A program made the translations under genes and the position numbers. Under the pieces are notes generated by a model. The model saw only the letters and a list, made by a program, of their open reading frames with translations. It searched no databases and was not told where the DNA came from. DNA of 63,096 nt, counting the filler, from Chiloscyllium plagiosum (Eukaryota), in assembly GCF_004010195.1 (NCBI RefSeq). It is 5 parts of one record of this genome, joined end to end, with 100 filler letters (N's around TTAATTAATTAA, not from the genome) between each part and the next. Parts side by side here need not be neighbours in the genome. Positions count along the whole stretch, not along the records: positions 24,548 to 42,299 come from NC_057711.1; positions 42,400 to 58,693 come from NC_057711.1; 3 more parts are not named here. One strand, given 5' to 3'. This document shows positions 39,615-53,150 of this stretch, one piece after another (positions within the stretch are counted from its first letter, which is position 1; each line of letters begins with the position of its first letter).

Positions 39615-40575
39615 TTAGAGTCATACAATATGGAAACAGACCCTTTAGTTCAACTCATCCATGCCGACCAAATTTCCCAAACTAAACTAGTCCCATTTGC
39701 TTGCGTTTGGCCCATACCTCTTTAAATGTTTCCTATTCTTCATGTACTTGTGTAAATGTGTTTTACATGTAAGTACAGTTACAACATCTACCACGCCTCT
39801 GGAAGTTCATTCCACATATGAACCACCCTGTGTGTGAAAAAGTTGCCCCTCATGTCTCTTTTAAATCTTTCTCCAGTCACTTTAAAGAAAATGCCCTCTA
39901 GTTTTGAACTCCCCTACTCTTGGGAAAAGACCTTTGCTATTCACCTTATCTATGCATCTCATGATTTTATAAATCACTGTAAGGTCACCTCTCAACCTCC
40001 TATGCTCCTGTGAAAAAAACAGCCAGCCTCCCCTTTGACAACGCAAGTCCTCCAACCCTGGTAACATCCTCGTAAATTTGGGGTGGCATGGTGGCTCAGT
40101 GGTTAGCACAGCTGTCTCACAGCACCAGAGACCCAGGTTTGAATCCTGCCTTGGGCGATTGTCTGTGTGCAGTTTGCATATTCTCCTCATGTCTGTGTCG
40201 GTTTCCTACCACAATCTGTGGGAGGAAACCGACAGATGTGCAGGTCAGGTGAATTGGCCATGCTAAATCGCCCACAGTGTTAGGTGCATTAGTCAGGGGA
40301 AAATATAGGGTAGGGGAATAGGTCTGGGTGGGTTAGTCTTTGGAGGGTCGGTGTGGACTTGTTGGGCCGAAGGGCCTGTTTCCGTACTGTAGAGAATCTA
40401 ATCTCAAATTCTTTTCTACACCTTCTCCAATTTAATAATATCCTTCCTATAGCAGGGCAACCAGAACTGTACACAGTACTCCAAAACTGGTCCCACCAAC
40501 GTCCTGCACAACTGCAACGTGATGACCCAACTTTTATTCTCAATGGTCTGAGCAATGAAGGCAAGCAACATATCC
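39615..40575 (-). mobile_element. CR1 3' part interrupted by an HE1-like SINE
   Basis: EYCVQFWLPCYRKDIIKLEKV and FTRMLPGLEDL lie on either side of the SINE. Confidence 0.9.
40081..40404 (+). mobile_element. HE1-like SINE
   Basis: tRNA-like head GGTGGCTCAGTGGTTAGC...GGTTTGAATCC; tail GGGCCGAAGGGCCTGTTTCC..(AATCT)2. Confidence 0.85.
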
Positions 40576-42059
40576 AGAACAGTGGCAAATCCAAATTCCA
40601 GAAGGCCCATTCCCTAACCCATAATTTGCACCAATGAGGAAACGCGAGGGGCAGCTTGTCGTTTGCTTTACGGAGCTAGCTGCACAGCTATAAGTATAGC
40701 TGCCTTCAAATAGATCCAATTTCTGTCAGCAGGATATCCAAAACACACCTTGCGAGTTTTGTACTTTTTAGTCTAATCTTGGTCGAGTTTTTCAAAGCAT
40801 TGGGATACACTGTTGGACAGATGAAAAAGTATTTTAGATAGGTCTGGGGACACCTTTGGACAGGTATCTTTGGAGAAGTCAAGTGCTTTTTAAGATTAAA
40901 AGTAGTCATGAAGGAGTGTAAAATGTCAATAAACTCATTAGAATGCTCATGCTATTAAGACATTTAAATCTCCACGCCTTTAAATTTGAGAAAAAGAACT
41001 TCAGTTTCAGAAGAGAATAGTGCGTGCTAGTCACAATGTCTGATGATGGAAGTCTGAAGCCCATCATTACAGGATTTGTACTGAATGGCTGATTTCAGAA
41101 ATAATCACAGTGGTGTACTTGTCATTTCACAATTTAACTGATAGCTCCAAATACCTATAAAAATCTCTGGTGTAGGGCAATGAATAAGAATGCTTATTTT
41201 TGTAAGAGATTAATCAATTGAAACAATTTAAATGCATTGAATGTTTTTTTAAAAATCAATGAGTTCCTTTTTACCAAAATACTGAAATCTTTAACAGACT
41301 CTTAATATTTGATCTTATTTCATCTCAGCGTGAGTCATGAGGTCCATCTATGGTGGATACTGGATGAGTTGGCATGCTCAGTAAACGTATTAAATAGAAG
41401 CCATGATTTGGTACAAATTGACACGGGGGTTATACAAGATCATTGGGGTCATTGATTGTCAGAGTATACGAGAGGCTAATGGGGATGGGGGCAGGGGCAT
41501 GAAGTGGCATCGGGAGATTGTGGGGTGAGAAAGGAGGGGGCGGGAGGGTCAGATATTTTATTCTTTCCAAGTCCTGTAGGCTGACCTTTCACATTGCCCA
41601 TTTCCCCTATAGTTGCCTCCACAACTGATTCCAGAGCGGCTGGCCAGACTCCCACTACCAGCTCCCTCCCCACCTTGCCCAAAAGAAAATATGAATGCTC
41701 CAGGCACTTTCTCCAAAGCTAGGCTTGTGGAGATGGGAACTTTTTAGAGCCTCCCAAAACCTACTCAGATGTCAAATTTCACAGTGCATCCAAAAACCAT
41801 TCGACTATAAGATTGTAGAGTCAGAATCAAAGAACTATTTCAAACTTTTATGGCACCAACCATGCCATTTGGCCCATCTGATCTACGTCAGCATTTATGC
41901 ACCATGAGCTTCCACCCACTTCTCTTCATCTAATTAGCAATATTCCTCCATTTACCCTCATGTAAGGATCTGATGTCCCCTTAGATGCATCTATGTCATT
42001 CATCTCAACAACTGCCTATAGTAGAGAATTCAGCATTATCACCATTGCATAATGAAGTG

Positions 42060-43520
42060 TATAAGTGGATCGGTACCTGGGACTACGATGTTGTGGCCAT
42101 CACGGAAACGTGGATAGATGTGGGACAGGAATGGCTGTTGGAGGTTCCTGGTTACAGGTGTTTCAGTAAGATTAGGGAGGGTGGGAAAAAAGGAGGGGGG
42201 GTGGCATTGCTAATATAGAAATGGTATAACAGCTGCAGAAAGGAAGTGTGAGGGGGATCTGCCTCTGGAGGTAGTATGGGCTGAAGCCAGAAATAGGAAN
42301 NNNNNNNNNNNNNNNNNNNNNNNNNNNNNNNNNNNNNNNNNNNTTAATTAATTAANNNNNNNNNNNNNNNNNNNNNNNNNNNNNNNNNNNNNNNNNNNNA
42401 TTTGATAAGGTTCCGCATGGTAGGCTTATGCGGAAAGTCAGGAGGCATGGATAGAGGGAAATTTGGCCAATTGGATAGAAAACTGGCTAACCGGTCGAAG
42501 GCAGAGAGTGGTGGTAGATGGTAAATATTCAGCCTGGAGCCCAGTTACAAGTGGAGTTCCGCAGGGATCAGTTCTGGGTCCTCTGCTGTTTGTAATTTTT
42601 CTTAATGACTTGGATGAGGGAGTCGAAGGGTGGGTCAGTAAATTTGCAGATGATACGAAGATAGGTTGAGTTGTGGACAGTGAGGAGGGCTGTTGTCGGC
42701 TGCAGAGGGACTTAGATATGATGCAGAGCTGGGCTGAGGAGTGGCAGATGGAGTTCAACCCTGCCAAGTGTGGGGTTGTCCATTTTGGAAAGACAAATAA
42801 GAATGCGGAATACAGGGTTAACGGTAGGGTTCTTAGTGAGGTGGAGGAACAGAGGGATCTTGGGGTCTATGTACATAGTTCTTTGAAGGTTGCCACTCAG
42901 GTGGATAGAGTTTGTAAGAAGGCCTATGGAGTATTATCGTTCATTAGCAGAGGGATTGAATTCAAGAGTCGTGAAGTGATGTTGCAGCTGTACAGGACTT
43001 TGGTTAGGCCACAGTTGGAGTACTGTGTGCAGTTCTGGTCGCCTCACTTTCGGAAAGATGTGGAAGCTTTGGAGGGGGTGCAGAGAAGATTTACCAGGAT
43101 GTTGCCTGGAATGGAGAGGAAGTCGTACGAGGATAGGTTGAGAGTTCTCGGTCTTTTCTCGTTGGAACGGCGAAGGATGAGGGGTGACTTGATAGAGGTT
43201 TATAAGATGATCAGAGGAATAGATAGAGTATACAGTCAGAAACTTTTTCCCCGGGTACAACAGAGTGTTACAAGGGGACATAAATTTAAGGTGAAGGGTG
43301 GAAGGTATAGGGGAGATGTCAGGGGTGGGTTCTTTACCCAGAGAGTGGTGGGGGCATGGAATGCGCTGCCCTTGGGAGTGGTAGAGTCGGAATCATTGGC
43401 GACCTTTAAGCGGCATTTGGATAGGTACATGGGTGGGTACTTAATCTAGGTTAGAAGTTCGGCACAACATCGTGGGCCGAAGGGCCTGTTCTTTGCTGTA
43501 TTGTTCTATGTTCTATGTTC
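42060..43520 (+). mobile_element. Young CR1 LINE ORF2: endonuclease start, spacer, then RT to 3' tail
   Basis: WDYDVVAITETW before the spacer; [14 protein letters not shown] and a 258-aa open C-terminus after it; (TTCTATG)n tail. Confidence 0.95.
42300..42399. other. Artificial assembly spacer
   Basis: 44N+TTAATTAATTAA+44N. Confidence 0.97.
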
Positions 43521-44046
43521 TAAAACTCTGGTGCGGCCGCACTTTGGAGTATTGCGTGCAGTTCTGGTCACCGCATTACAGGAAGGATGTGGAAGCTTTG
43601 GAGAGGGTGCAGAGAAGGTTTACCAGGATGTTGCCTGGAATGGAGAGGAAGTCGTACGAGGATAGGTTGAGAGTTCTCGGCCTTTTCTCGTTGGAACGGC
43701 GAAGGATGAGGGGTGACTTGATAGAGGTTTATAAGATGATCAGAGGAATAGATAGAGTAGACAGTCAGAAACTTTTTCCCCGGGTACAGAGTGTTACAAG
43801 GGGACATAAATTTAAGGTGAAGGGTGGAAGGTATAGGGGAGATGTCAGGGGTGGGTTCTTTACCCAGAGAGTGGTGGGGGCATGGAATGCGCTGCCCGTG
43901 GGAGTGGTAGAGTCGGAATCATTGGCGACCTTTAAGCGGCATTTGGATAGGTACATGGATGGGTACTCAATCTAGGTTAGAAGTTCGGCACAACATCGTG
44001 GGCCGAAGGGCCTGTTCTGTGCTGTATTGTTCTATGTCTATGTCTA
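43521..44046 (+). mobile_element. Second, 5'-truncated CR1 3' end in tandem with the first
   Basis: Nearly identical to about 43055-43515 from about 43585 onward. Confidence 0.93.
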
Positions 44047-46349
44047 AGACGCACAGCAGCGATTTGTCACACCTCCTTCAACAGCACCTTCCAAAGTCTG
44101 ACTTCTACCAGTTACAATGACAAAGGCAGCAGATGCATATGAACACCACCACCTGCAAGTTCCCCTCCTAGCCACTCACCATCCTGAGTTGGGATGATTT
44201 TGCCATTCCTTAATGGCTGGTGGGTAAAAGCACCTTGAACTTACTTCCTAACAGTGCTGTGGGTGTGGCTGCACCACATGAACAATAGTGGTTCAAGGAA
44301 GCAGCTCACCAGCCACATTCTCAAGGGTAAGAAACGCTACCTCATCAGTGATGTCCACATCCCACAAAAGAATGGAATAAATCACTTCTGAATTCCTTAA
44401 CAGATTCTTTTAGTGACTCGTCTTGCATTTCTGACCCCCAGCTTTGGAGTTTTCCACAAGTAACAACGTTTTCTTCATTAAAACTGTTAAGAATTTTAAA
44501 ACAAACATTCTCTCTTTCATCCCTCACATTTTGAGTCAAAATTGAAAAAAAAAAATTAACGTTTACGACTGATTTTGTTTTGAGAGCACTCCCTCCCCTC
44601 CATCACCATAGGCCATGAAATTTTAAAAAAAGTTAAAACTTACTGGACTTATGCTCCAATTTTGGATTTTCTTCCATTGGATCTGTTCTGTCCATTCTTT
44701 GAATTATGTTTAAACCTATCAGATGATGGCTTTAGGCAACAGCAATAAAGTAAAAATGGAAAATCCCAAAATTCTGAATTTTCTTTGGAGTAAACTAAAG
44801 GGAAATAAATCTTCCACTTATAATAAATCCAGTAAAAGACCATAAATGCTTCACCACACTGGTAAAAACACTGAGACTTATCCTCAAATTATATGAAGTA
44901 CAAAAATAAATGCATTCTGAATTTGCAAAAGCAAAAGGTAGACATGCACTTGCCACACATTCTCCCTCAAGCAATTTGGACTCTGACTTTTTGCAGGTAG
45001 ATTAGCAGTTACAAATGCATATAATCCTATGGTTGAGAAGGTAACCATTTAACATATAATTCATTGTTTTTTTCAAAAGGCCTGCATTAAGTCCTACTCC
45101 TCCCTAATCTTTCCCTGTAGCCCTGCAAATGTTTCCTTGTCAATTATTTATCCATTTCCTTTTTGACTGCTATTATTGAATCAAAAACATAAAAAAGCTT
45201 AATGAAATTGGTAACAAATTGTTATCTGAATTCTCTCATGAGAAGAAATGCATTTCAATTCATGGAATCCTCGCTTAATGATTTAATGGGTCAACACACC
45301 AAATGGTGACACGTTGAGTTATTCAAACCAGTTTTTAGTATTTGTGCATAAGAATAGGAAAAGCTGGAAGGCCTCCATCGGGTCTGGCAGCATCCTTAGA
45401 CAGAAACAACATGAAAACCTTTCAACAGATACATTTAATCTGTTTTCCTTTCTCCAAATATATGCTGCCAGACCTGATGAGCATTTGCTGCTTTTAAAGT
45501 TAAATTTCCAGTATCTGCAATATATTGGTTTTACAATTCTCATCCTTTTATTCCTCCAAGTGCTCACTCATTACCACTGCATAACCTCTACACATTCTCA
45601 TTCAGTTTCTGCAACCTCCTTTAGCCCCACTGCCGTCAAAGGTCTTGGCTCTGCTCAAATTATGGCCTTTTGCCCAAGATCAGGAATTTCCTCCCTGAAC
45701 CTATCCTGTCCCTTATCCTTCACCACCACCCTCATTCTTTAGGGCATTCCTTAAAATTCACAACCTCCTTTAAGCTTTTGGTCACCTGTCAAAATATTTT
45801 GAGTGAGGGATATCAGATTTTGTTTGATAACATGTCAAAGTGCCTTCGGATTTTTCTTCACCACATTAAAGACAAAATGCGTTTTTGCTTTCGTCTTAAA
45901 ATCTTTAAGAGTTTGCCAAATTTAACTGCTCCAGCCTTGGAAGCGCTACATTTTATAAATTTCAGTGTCTCCAAACTGAAGAAAGAGATAACGGTCGGTG
46001 CACGCAGTCACATGACAAACAAGATGCCCTTGAGGGGGGTATTACTTGCTATATTTTAAGTAACAATTTGACTTTACAAAAAGATTATTAGCTAAGGGTT
46101 AATTACTACTCTTATGACATGAGGCACTGGGTATCATGATATGGCAGGTATATGTACAGCACAGTCATAAAATATACATGCTCCTGAAAAATGTAGGATT
46201 GTGCAAGTAAAAACTGCTTCTGAAGTAAGGAACATCAGAACAGGATGCAGTCATTGAGCCCCAAGTCTGTACTCCCATTCAATAGGATCATGGCTAATCA
46301 GTGACAAAACTCCACTTACCCACATGCCTTTTCTCATTCCCCCCCCATT

Positions 46350-49300
46350 CTTTCATGGGATCTGGTCAATGTTGGTAGATTAGCCATTCTTAATTACTCT
46401 TGAAAAGGTGGTGGTGAACTTTGAACCACTACAGTTCATATGGTGTAGGTTCACTCAGAACAGTTCAGAACACAGTCCCAGAATTTTGAAGGAAAGGTAA
46501 TACAGTTCCATGTCAAGGTAATGGGGAACTATGAGGGGAACTTGCAAGTAGTGTATCCCACATATCTGCTGTGTTTGTCCTTCTAGGTGGTAAAAGTCAC
46601 AGGTTTGGAAGTTGCTATCGAAGGAGTCTTGGTGATTGCTGCAGTGGATGGGTTGTCAACCAAGCATGCTGTTTTGCCCTGAAGGAGTTGAGCATCAAGT
46701 GTTGTTAGAACTGCACTCATCCAGGCAAGTGGAGAACATTCCATCATGTTCCTCACTGGCATCTTGTAGATAGTGGAGAGGCTTTGAGGAGTAATAAGGT
46801 GATTTAGTTGCAGTATTCCTAGCTTCTGACCTGCCGTCATATTTATTTGGCTAGCCCAATTCAGTTTCTAATCAACCACCTGAGATGTTGATAGTGTGGG
46901 ATTCGTGTTGAATGTCAATAGAAGGTGGTTAGATTCTCTCTTTTAGGAAATATTCATTGTCTGGCAGTTTTACAATGTAAGTATTATCAACACAAGCCAG
47001 AGTGTTGTACAGATCATGCTGCACTTGGGCATGGATTGCTTCAGTATCTGAGGAATCAGGAATGGAGCTGAATATTTGTTTGTTAATGATTGCATATCAC
47101 CACCTTATGAGGGAGGGAAGGGAATTGACAAAACAGCTGATGTCTGAACCTGGCATACTATCCTGAGGAATTCTTGCAGAGATATTCTGAGGCTGAGATG
47201 ATTGACCTCAACCAACCACAAACATGTTCCTTTATACTAGATATGCCTCCAACCAGTTAAGAGCTTGACTCCCTCCCTGATGCTGACAGACTTTAGTTTA
47301 CTAGGTCACCTTGATGCCAAATTCAGTCAAATACTACCTTGATATCAAGAGCAGTGTTTCTTAGCTCACTTCTTGAGTTCAGCTCTTTTGTCCATGTTTC
47401 GAACAATACCCTAATGTGTGGAGCAAAGCTAGCCTGGTGGAACCCAAACTGAGAACAAGTGACTAGGTTATTTCTTTTGTTTCCTTCTTTAAGGAAAAGT
47501 GCTCTGAGACACAACTGAACTATTTTTCCCCATTACCAAATAATTTCTTAACTACCATCAGTAAATCATGTGTTCTCCAATTGATTAATTTACATGTAAA
47601 GCCATTAACAGTAATGCAAAAATTCACAGGTGAGGGAGAGGTAAGGAGAGGGGGAGGAGGCTAAATCAAAATGGAGCTGGAAGGGGAGAAGATAAATCAC
47701 ACTATTTGCTGCAGTGCCATCTCTCTCTCTAAAAACAGAGAGACATCACATCTCCCTCTACAAGGCGACCTGGTCACTAGATTGTTTGCCAGTGCTGCTC
47801 AATAGCACTGTCAATGACTCCTTGCAACATTTTACTGACGATTGAAAATAAACATAATCGGACTGTAGAGTGGGTCGGATTTGTCTTGCTCTTTATTTTG
47901 TGGACAGGACATACCTGGGTAACTTTGCACATTACCAGCTAGATGCCAGCATTATAGCTGTACCCAAACAGCCTGGCTCCGGTGTCTTGTTCTGGTGCAC
48001 AAATTTTCAGAACCATTGGAGGATTGTCGTCAAGATCCAAATCCATTGCAGTATCCACTGCCTTCAACAGTTTCTTGGAATATCTCATTGACTGAACTGA
48101 ATTGGCTAAAGTCCAACATCTGTGATGCTGGTGACCTTTGAAGGAGGCTGAGATGAATCATCCACTTGGTGTTTCTGGCTGAAGATGGTTGCAAATATTT
48201 CAGGAGAAAGTGAGGTCTGCAGATGCTGGAGATCAAAGTTGAAACTTTATTGCTGGAACAGCACAGCAGGTCAGGCAGCATCCAGGGAACAGGAGATTCG
48301 ACGTTTCGGGCACAGGCCCTGAAGAAGGGCCTGTGCCCGAAACGTCGAATCTCCTGTTCCCTGGATGCTGCCTGACCTGCTGTGCTGTTCCAGCAATAAA
48401 GTTTCAACTGCAAATATTTCAGCCTTATCTTTCTGCACCGATGTTCTGGGCTTCCACATAGTGAGGATGGTGATATTTAGAGTATCATCCTCCTGCAGAT
48501 AGTTGTTCAAATGTCCATTCATGACTGACGTGGCAGGACCGTAGAATTTTGATTTGATCTGTTGACTCTGTAATTGTCTAGTTCTGTCTATCAAATGACA
48601 CTTATGTTGCTTGACAGGCAAGTAGTCCTGTGTTGTTGGTTTACTAGATAGACTCTTTAACTTTATTAATTAGTTAGGTCTGATGCACCTCCTGGTCTCT
48701 TCATTGAACTAAGGAGCCCAGCTTGATGCTAATGGTGAAGTGTGAGGGATATGCCAGACAATGAAAGTACAGATTGTGGTTGAATGCAATTCTGTTGCTG
48801 TTATTGGCTCATAAAACTGTGCATCCACAAGGAGCTGAGCTCCTGAACCTGTTCTGAATCTGTCCTATTTATCGTCATAGTAGTACCACCCAAAATGACA
48901 GAGGGTATCCTCAGTGTAAAGATGGGACTTTATCTCCATAAGGATTGTGCAGTGGTCACTCCTGCCAACACACTTATGGCAGAATCGGAGTCAAATAGAT
49001 CGGTAAGGTTGAAGTCAAGTAGATTTTTCATTTGTCTGGCAGCTATGTCCTTTTGGTCTTGGCCGGTTCAGTGTGTAGTGGTGCTATTGAGCCCCCTTGG
49101 TGATGGACATTGAAGACCCCAAACAATCAGGGAGCACTTTTTACCAGTACAATCTTCAGTGCTTTGTCTAAGTGCCATTCAATATGTAGGAGTACTGATA
49201 GATCAGTTGAAGAGGTGGACGTAGCTGGTAATCAACATGTTGCTTCCTTCGCTACACTTGACCTAGAGTTATAGAGTTACACAGCATAGAAACAGACCCT

Positions 49301-49560
49301 TCAGTCCAACTCTCCATACCAACCAGATATCCTCAACTGATCTAGTCCCATTTGACGCATATCCCTCTAAACCCTTCCTATTTATGTACCAATCCAGATG
49401 CCTTTTAAAATGATGTAATTGTACCCACTTCCTCTGGCAGCTCATTCCATACATGCATCATCTGCTTGATGCCATGAGATCTTATGGCATCGAGAGTCAA
49501 TGTTGAGGACTCCTAGATCAGATTCTTCTTGACTGCATATCACTGTGCTGCAGCCTCTGA
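46350..49560 (-). mobile_element. Fragmented long copy of the second LINE family with nested insertions
   Basis: QSLSTIYK.PVRNMMECSPLAWMS; QFGFHQ; ALDIKVVFD; interrupted by a PLE hairpin and a CR1 end at 49265-49460. Confidence 0.75.
48204..48409. mobile_element. Young perfect fold-back PLE-derived mini-element with 13-bp TSD and a hammerhead core at the apex
   Basis: 84-bp perfect inverted arms (48237-48320 and 48326-48409), GAAGA loop. GCAAATATTTCAG at 48191-48203 and 48410-48422. CUGAAGA-A-GGGC CUGU GCCC-GAAAC-GUC at 48319-48346. Confidence 0.92.
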
Positions 49561-50382
49561 GGGGTCTGTCTGTAAATACAACACTTTAAAGCTTTAAGCA
49601 ATTGCTGTTTGTAGGACAGTAACAATCTTTTAGCAACCTGATTAAAAAACTAGAAAGCAGATGAGAAATAATTTTAATGCAGCGAGTACTTAGAATCTGG
49701 AATGCACAGCCTAAGAGTGTGCTGGAGATAAAATCAATTTCAGCTTTCAAAACAGAATAGAATGTGCACCTGAAGTGGAAGAAAATGTGTGGGCCACAAA
49801 GACAGCACAATGTGACTAGCTAAATCACATTTGGAGAGCAAACACAGACTAAACAGGCTGAAAGGCCTCCTTCTGTACTGTAACCATTCCATGATTCGGT
49901 ACCATAGTCCTTAAGGGTTGTCATCTTATTCTGAAACTTTGTCCCCTGGTTCTGGACCATCCACTCAGTCTTTAACCTTCACTAGACATCCCAAAGTTTT
50001 GCAGCCAATGAGCTATATTTAATGTGAAGTCACAGTAGTAATGTAGGAAAATGCAGTAGAAGCCAAGTTACCCATAGTATGGTCCCACAGACAATGTGAT
50101 CAAGACCAGATAATCTGATTTTAATAATGGCGGTTCAGGAGAAAATATTGGCCAGGACACAAAAGCACTCCCCAGACCCTTAAATTGCTGATTTTTTTAT
50201 GTGGGAATATAAAACAGAATATTATTCTACTCTAGCACACTAACAGTCTGGACTTATTGAGTAACACTCTGGCACCTGAGGCAAAAAGTTATGGGTTCAC
50301 ATTCCACTTAAGAAATTTGATCAAAACACCTAAGTTAACACTTCAGTGCTCAGATTGCACCATGGCTTTGGCTGGTTGGTAC

Positions 50383-50454
50383 GGTGGCACAGTGATTAGC
50401 ACTGCTGCCTCACAGCGCCAGAGACCCGGGTTCAATTCCCGCCTCGGCGACTGA
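50383..50454 (+). mobile_element. HE1-like SINE head only, between 88-bp direct repeats
   Basis: A/B box region without body or tail; repeats at 50295-50382 and 50455-50542. Confidence 0.8.
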
Positions 50455-51829
50455 GTTCACATTCCACTTAAGAAATTTGATCAAAACACCTAAGTTAACA
50501 CTTCAGTGTTCAGGTTGCACCATGGCTTTGGCTGGTTGGTACCACAAGAGCACCACACTATTGGAGGAGGATCCATGCTGAAGGAGTGCCACACTATCGG
50601 GGACTCAGTACCAAGGACATGACATACTGTTGAAAGGTCAACACTGAGGGAGTTGTTGTTGCATTGAATCTTTAGCTCTAAAATACTCTCATGGCATTAT
50701 TTTGAAGAAAACATTGTCAATTGCTCAGGCACCCTGGGATATTTGTCCTGCAATCCACATCACTAGAAAACCAAAACAAACTATCTGCTCTTTATCTCAA
50801 ATGTTATTTGTGGCAGTTTGATATGTATATCTTGGCTCCATATTACTTATAACCACAACCAGTAGAAATTTTTCATTGACTAACAAGTGCTTTGAGATAT
50901 TTTGAGATTGTGATTGCCCTTATAAAATAAAATGAAGTATAAATAAAAGGAAAGTAAAAGACTAGGCATATTCTACACCATCTAGTGGTGAATCTTGTTT
51001 AAGAGAACAGGCCATTTCCTGGCCTCTTAATTAGGTAATGAAGAACAAAAAACAGGAAAGAAACTTTTATCATATGGATACAAATGGGAAAAAATATAGC
51101 TATGTAGGAAATACAAATTGTAAAGAATTAATCTAATTGTCACTATTTATAAAACACAATGGGGTTACAACTTGGCAAGAAATCCATCAGATTTCACATC
51201 TTTGTTGTTTCAAGACCATTTACTAATTAGAATTACAACATGGCATTATAAATAGATGAACAAAATATAAATGCAGTGGAGTAATGCTAAAATTGTTTAT
51301 AAATCAATGATTCCACTAGACCAGTGTCCAATTCTGGAATATATTCCTTTGAGACAGAAAGACTCTGAGAAGGATGCATCACCTTTGGCTCAGAAAAGTA
51401 AGGAAGGCATAACATTTGAAAGAAATGGAGTGCGGTACTATGAAGATTATCCGTATTGGAATATTGGAAAAAGTTCAGAAACCAGATGCTACCTTCAATA
51501 ATAAAAAGGGAAGAAATTAAAGTATGAGAGAAAATGAACAAAAAAAAAGAAAAATCAGAAAAAGCCTCCAGAAATATATAAAAAAGGTCAGAGTAGCTGA
51601 AGTGAGTTTTGATCCCATAAAATGATACTGGAGAATTGCATCCATCTTCGTAGTAGAAAGCACAAAACCACGCCAAGAACATTAGAACATCTTTGATCAA
51701 ATCATAGAAGGAGGAACTTAAGACAATCATGATTGTGATAAAGTAAAATTGGTAAAAGTAATGGGATTAAACATTGCCATCGCCCCGGATCATATGACAT
51801 TGGAGCAAAAGTAGCCCATTCCATCTGTG

Positions 51830-53150
51830 CTGCAGCTTTCTCTATTTAATTAATAATCAGCTTCTCTACTCTTCCTGCCAAAGTGCATAACCTCATATTT
51901 TCTCACATCATCTCTCATCTGCTGATTTTTTGCCTACTCATTCATTCCTCTATATTCCTATACATGTCTATATTTATCTGCAGACTATGCCAACCTCACT
52001 ATTTGCCTTCACAACTATTTTTTTGTGTCATCAGACTTGGAAATCATACGTTCTCTTCCCTCATAGCCCAAAGACTGATCCCCGTGGCACTCCAGTAACT
52101 ATAAGCTGCCATCCTTAAAATTTTCTCTTAGTCCAACTTGGTCTATTAGTTAGCCAATCCTCTAACCATACTACCCAACACCACGGGCTCTTATTAAGTC
52201 ACCTTTATGCAGTATGTTATCAAATGCCTTTTGGAAACCTAAATGTATTTCATCTATTGGTTCCCCTTTATTTACCACACTTGTTATATCCTCAAAAGAA
52301 TTTGAATAAATTTATCAGGCATGATTTCCTGACATGGCCTTATCACTTGCATCCCAAAGTCTTAAGATATAAAGCTGCAGAGATAATAAATGCATTGATT
52401 GTATGCTTCCAAGATTCTCTAGATTCCAGAAAGGCTCCAGTGAATTGAACAACCACAAACATAACATCATTGTAAAAAAAAAGGAGAGAAAGAAAGCAGA
52501 AAACTGCACACCCAAAATTAGCCTAACATCTGTCATTGGAAAATGCTAATAAACATTTAAGGAGCTAGAAGTAGATCACTTAGAAAATCATACTATAATC
52601 AGGTGGATGTTTTGTCAAACAGAAAGGAAAAGTGTGTTTGATACATTTGAGTTATTTAAGTATGTTACAAGCAGGTTAGAAAAAATGGATAAGGTGCCAC
52701 AAAAAAAATTACAGAAGAGGCCATGGTGTTGTGGGTTATAAGTTAAGATGATTTAACTGAAAACACAGAATTGTGTTAAATGGGGCATTTTCTGCTTGGT
52801 AAATCGTAACTAGCAGACTTCTACAGAGATTAGTACTGGTGCTGAATTACTTAAAATCTATTGGGTATGTTAATAACTTAGATGAAGGGACTGACTGTAC
52901 TGGAGCCAAATTTACTGAGAATGCAAAGTTAGGTAGAAAAGCAAGTTACAAAGTGGATAAAGTCTGCAAAGAGATTTGGATAGGTTGATTAAGTGGGCAA
53001 ACAAAATTGGCTGATATGCTTGTTCACATTGGCAGGAACAGACAAGTACAACAGTAGGTTAAGGGACAAAAACTGCAAAATGTTGCAGTACAGAGAGATC
53101 CCAGTAGTTTTTGCACTTGTTACAATAAGTTTAACATATAGGCACAACAA
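51830..53150. mobile_element. Two old CR1 RT remnants in opposite orientation, junction near 52340
   Basis: Minus strand: VTGVPRGSV. Plus strand: HPKVLRYKAAEIINALIVCFQDSLDS. Confidence 0.75.

Noticed and set aside
50975..50988. Second CTCF-like site (CCACTAGATGGTGT on the minus strand)
   Set aside because: Mismatch at a key core position and no supporting context.
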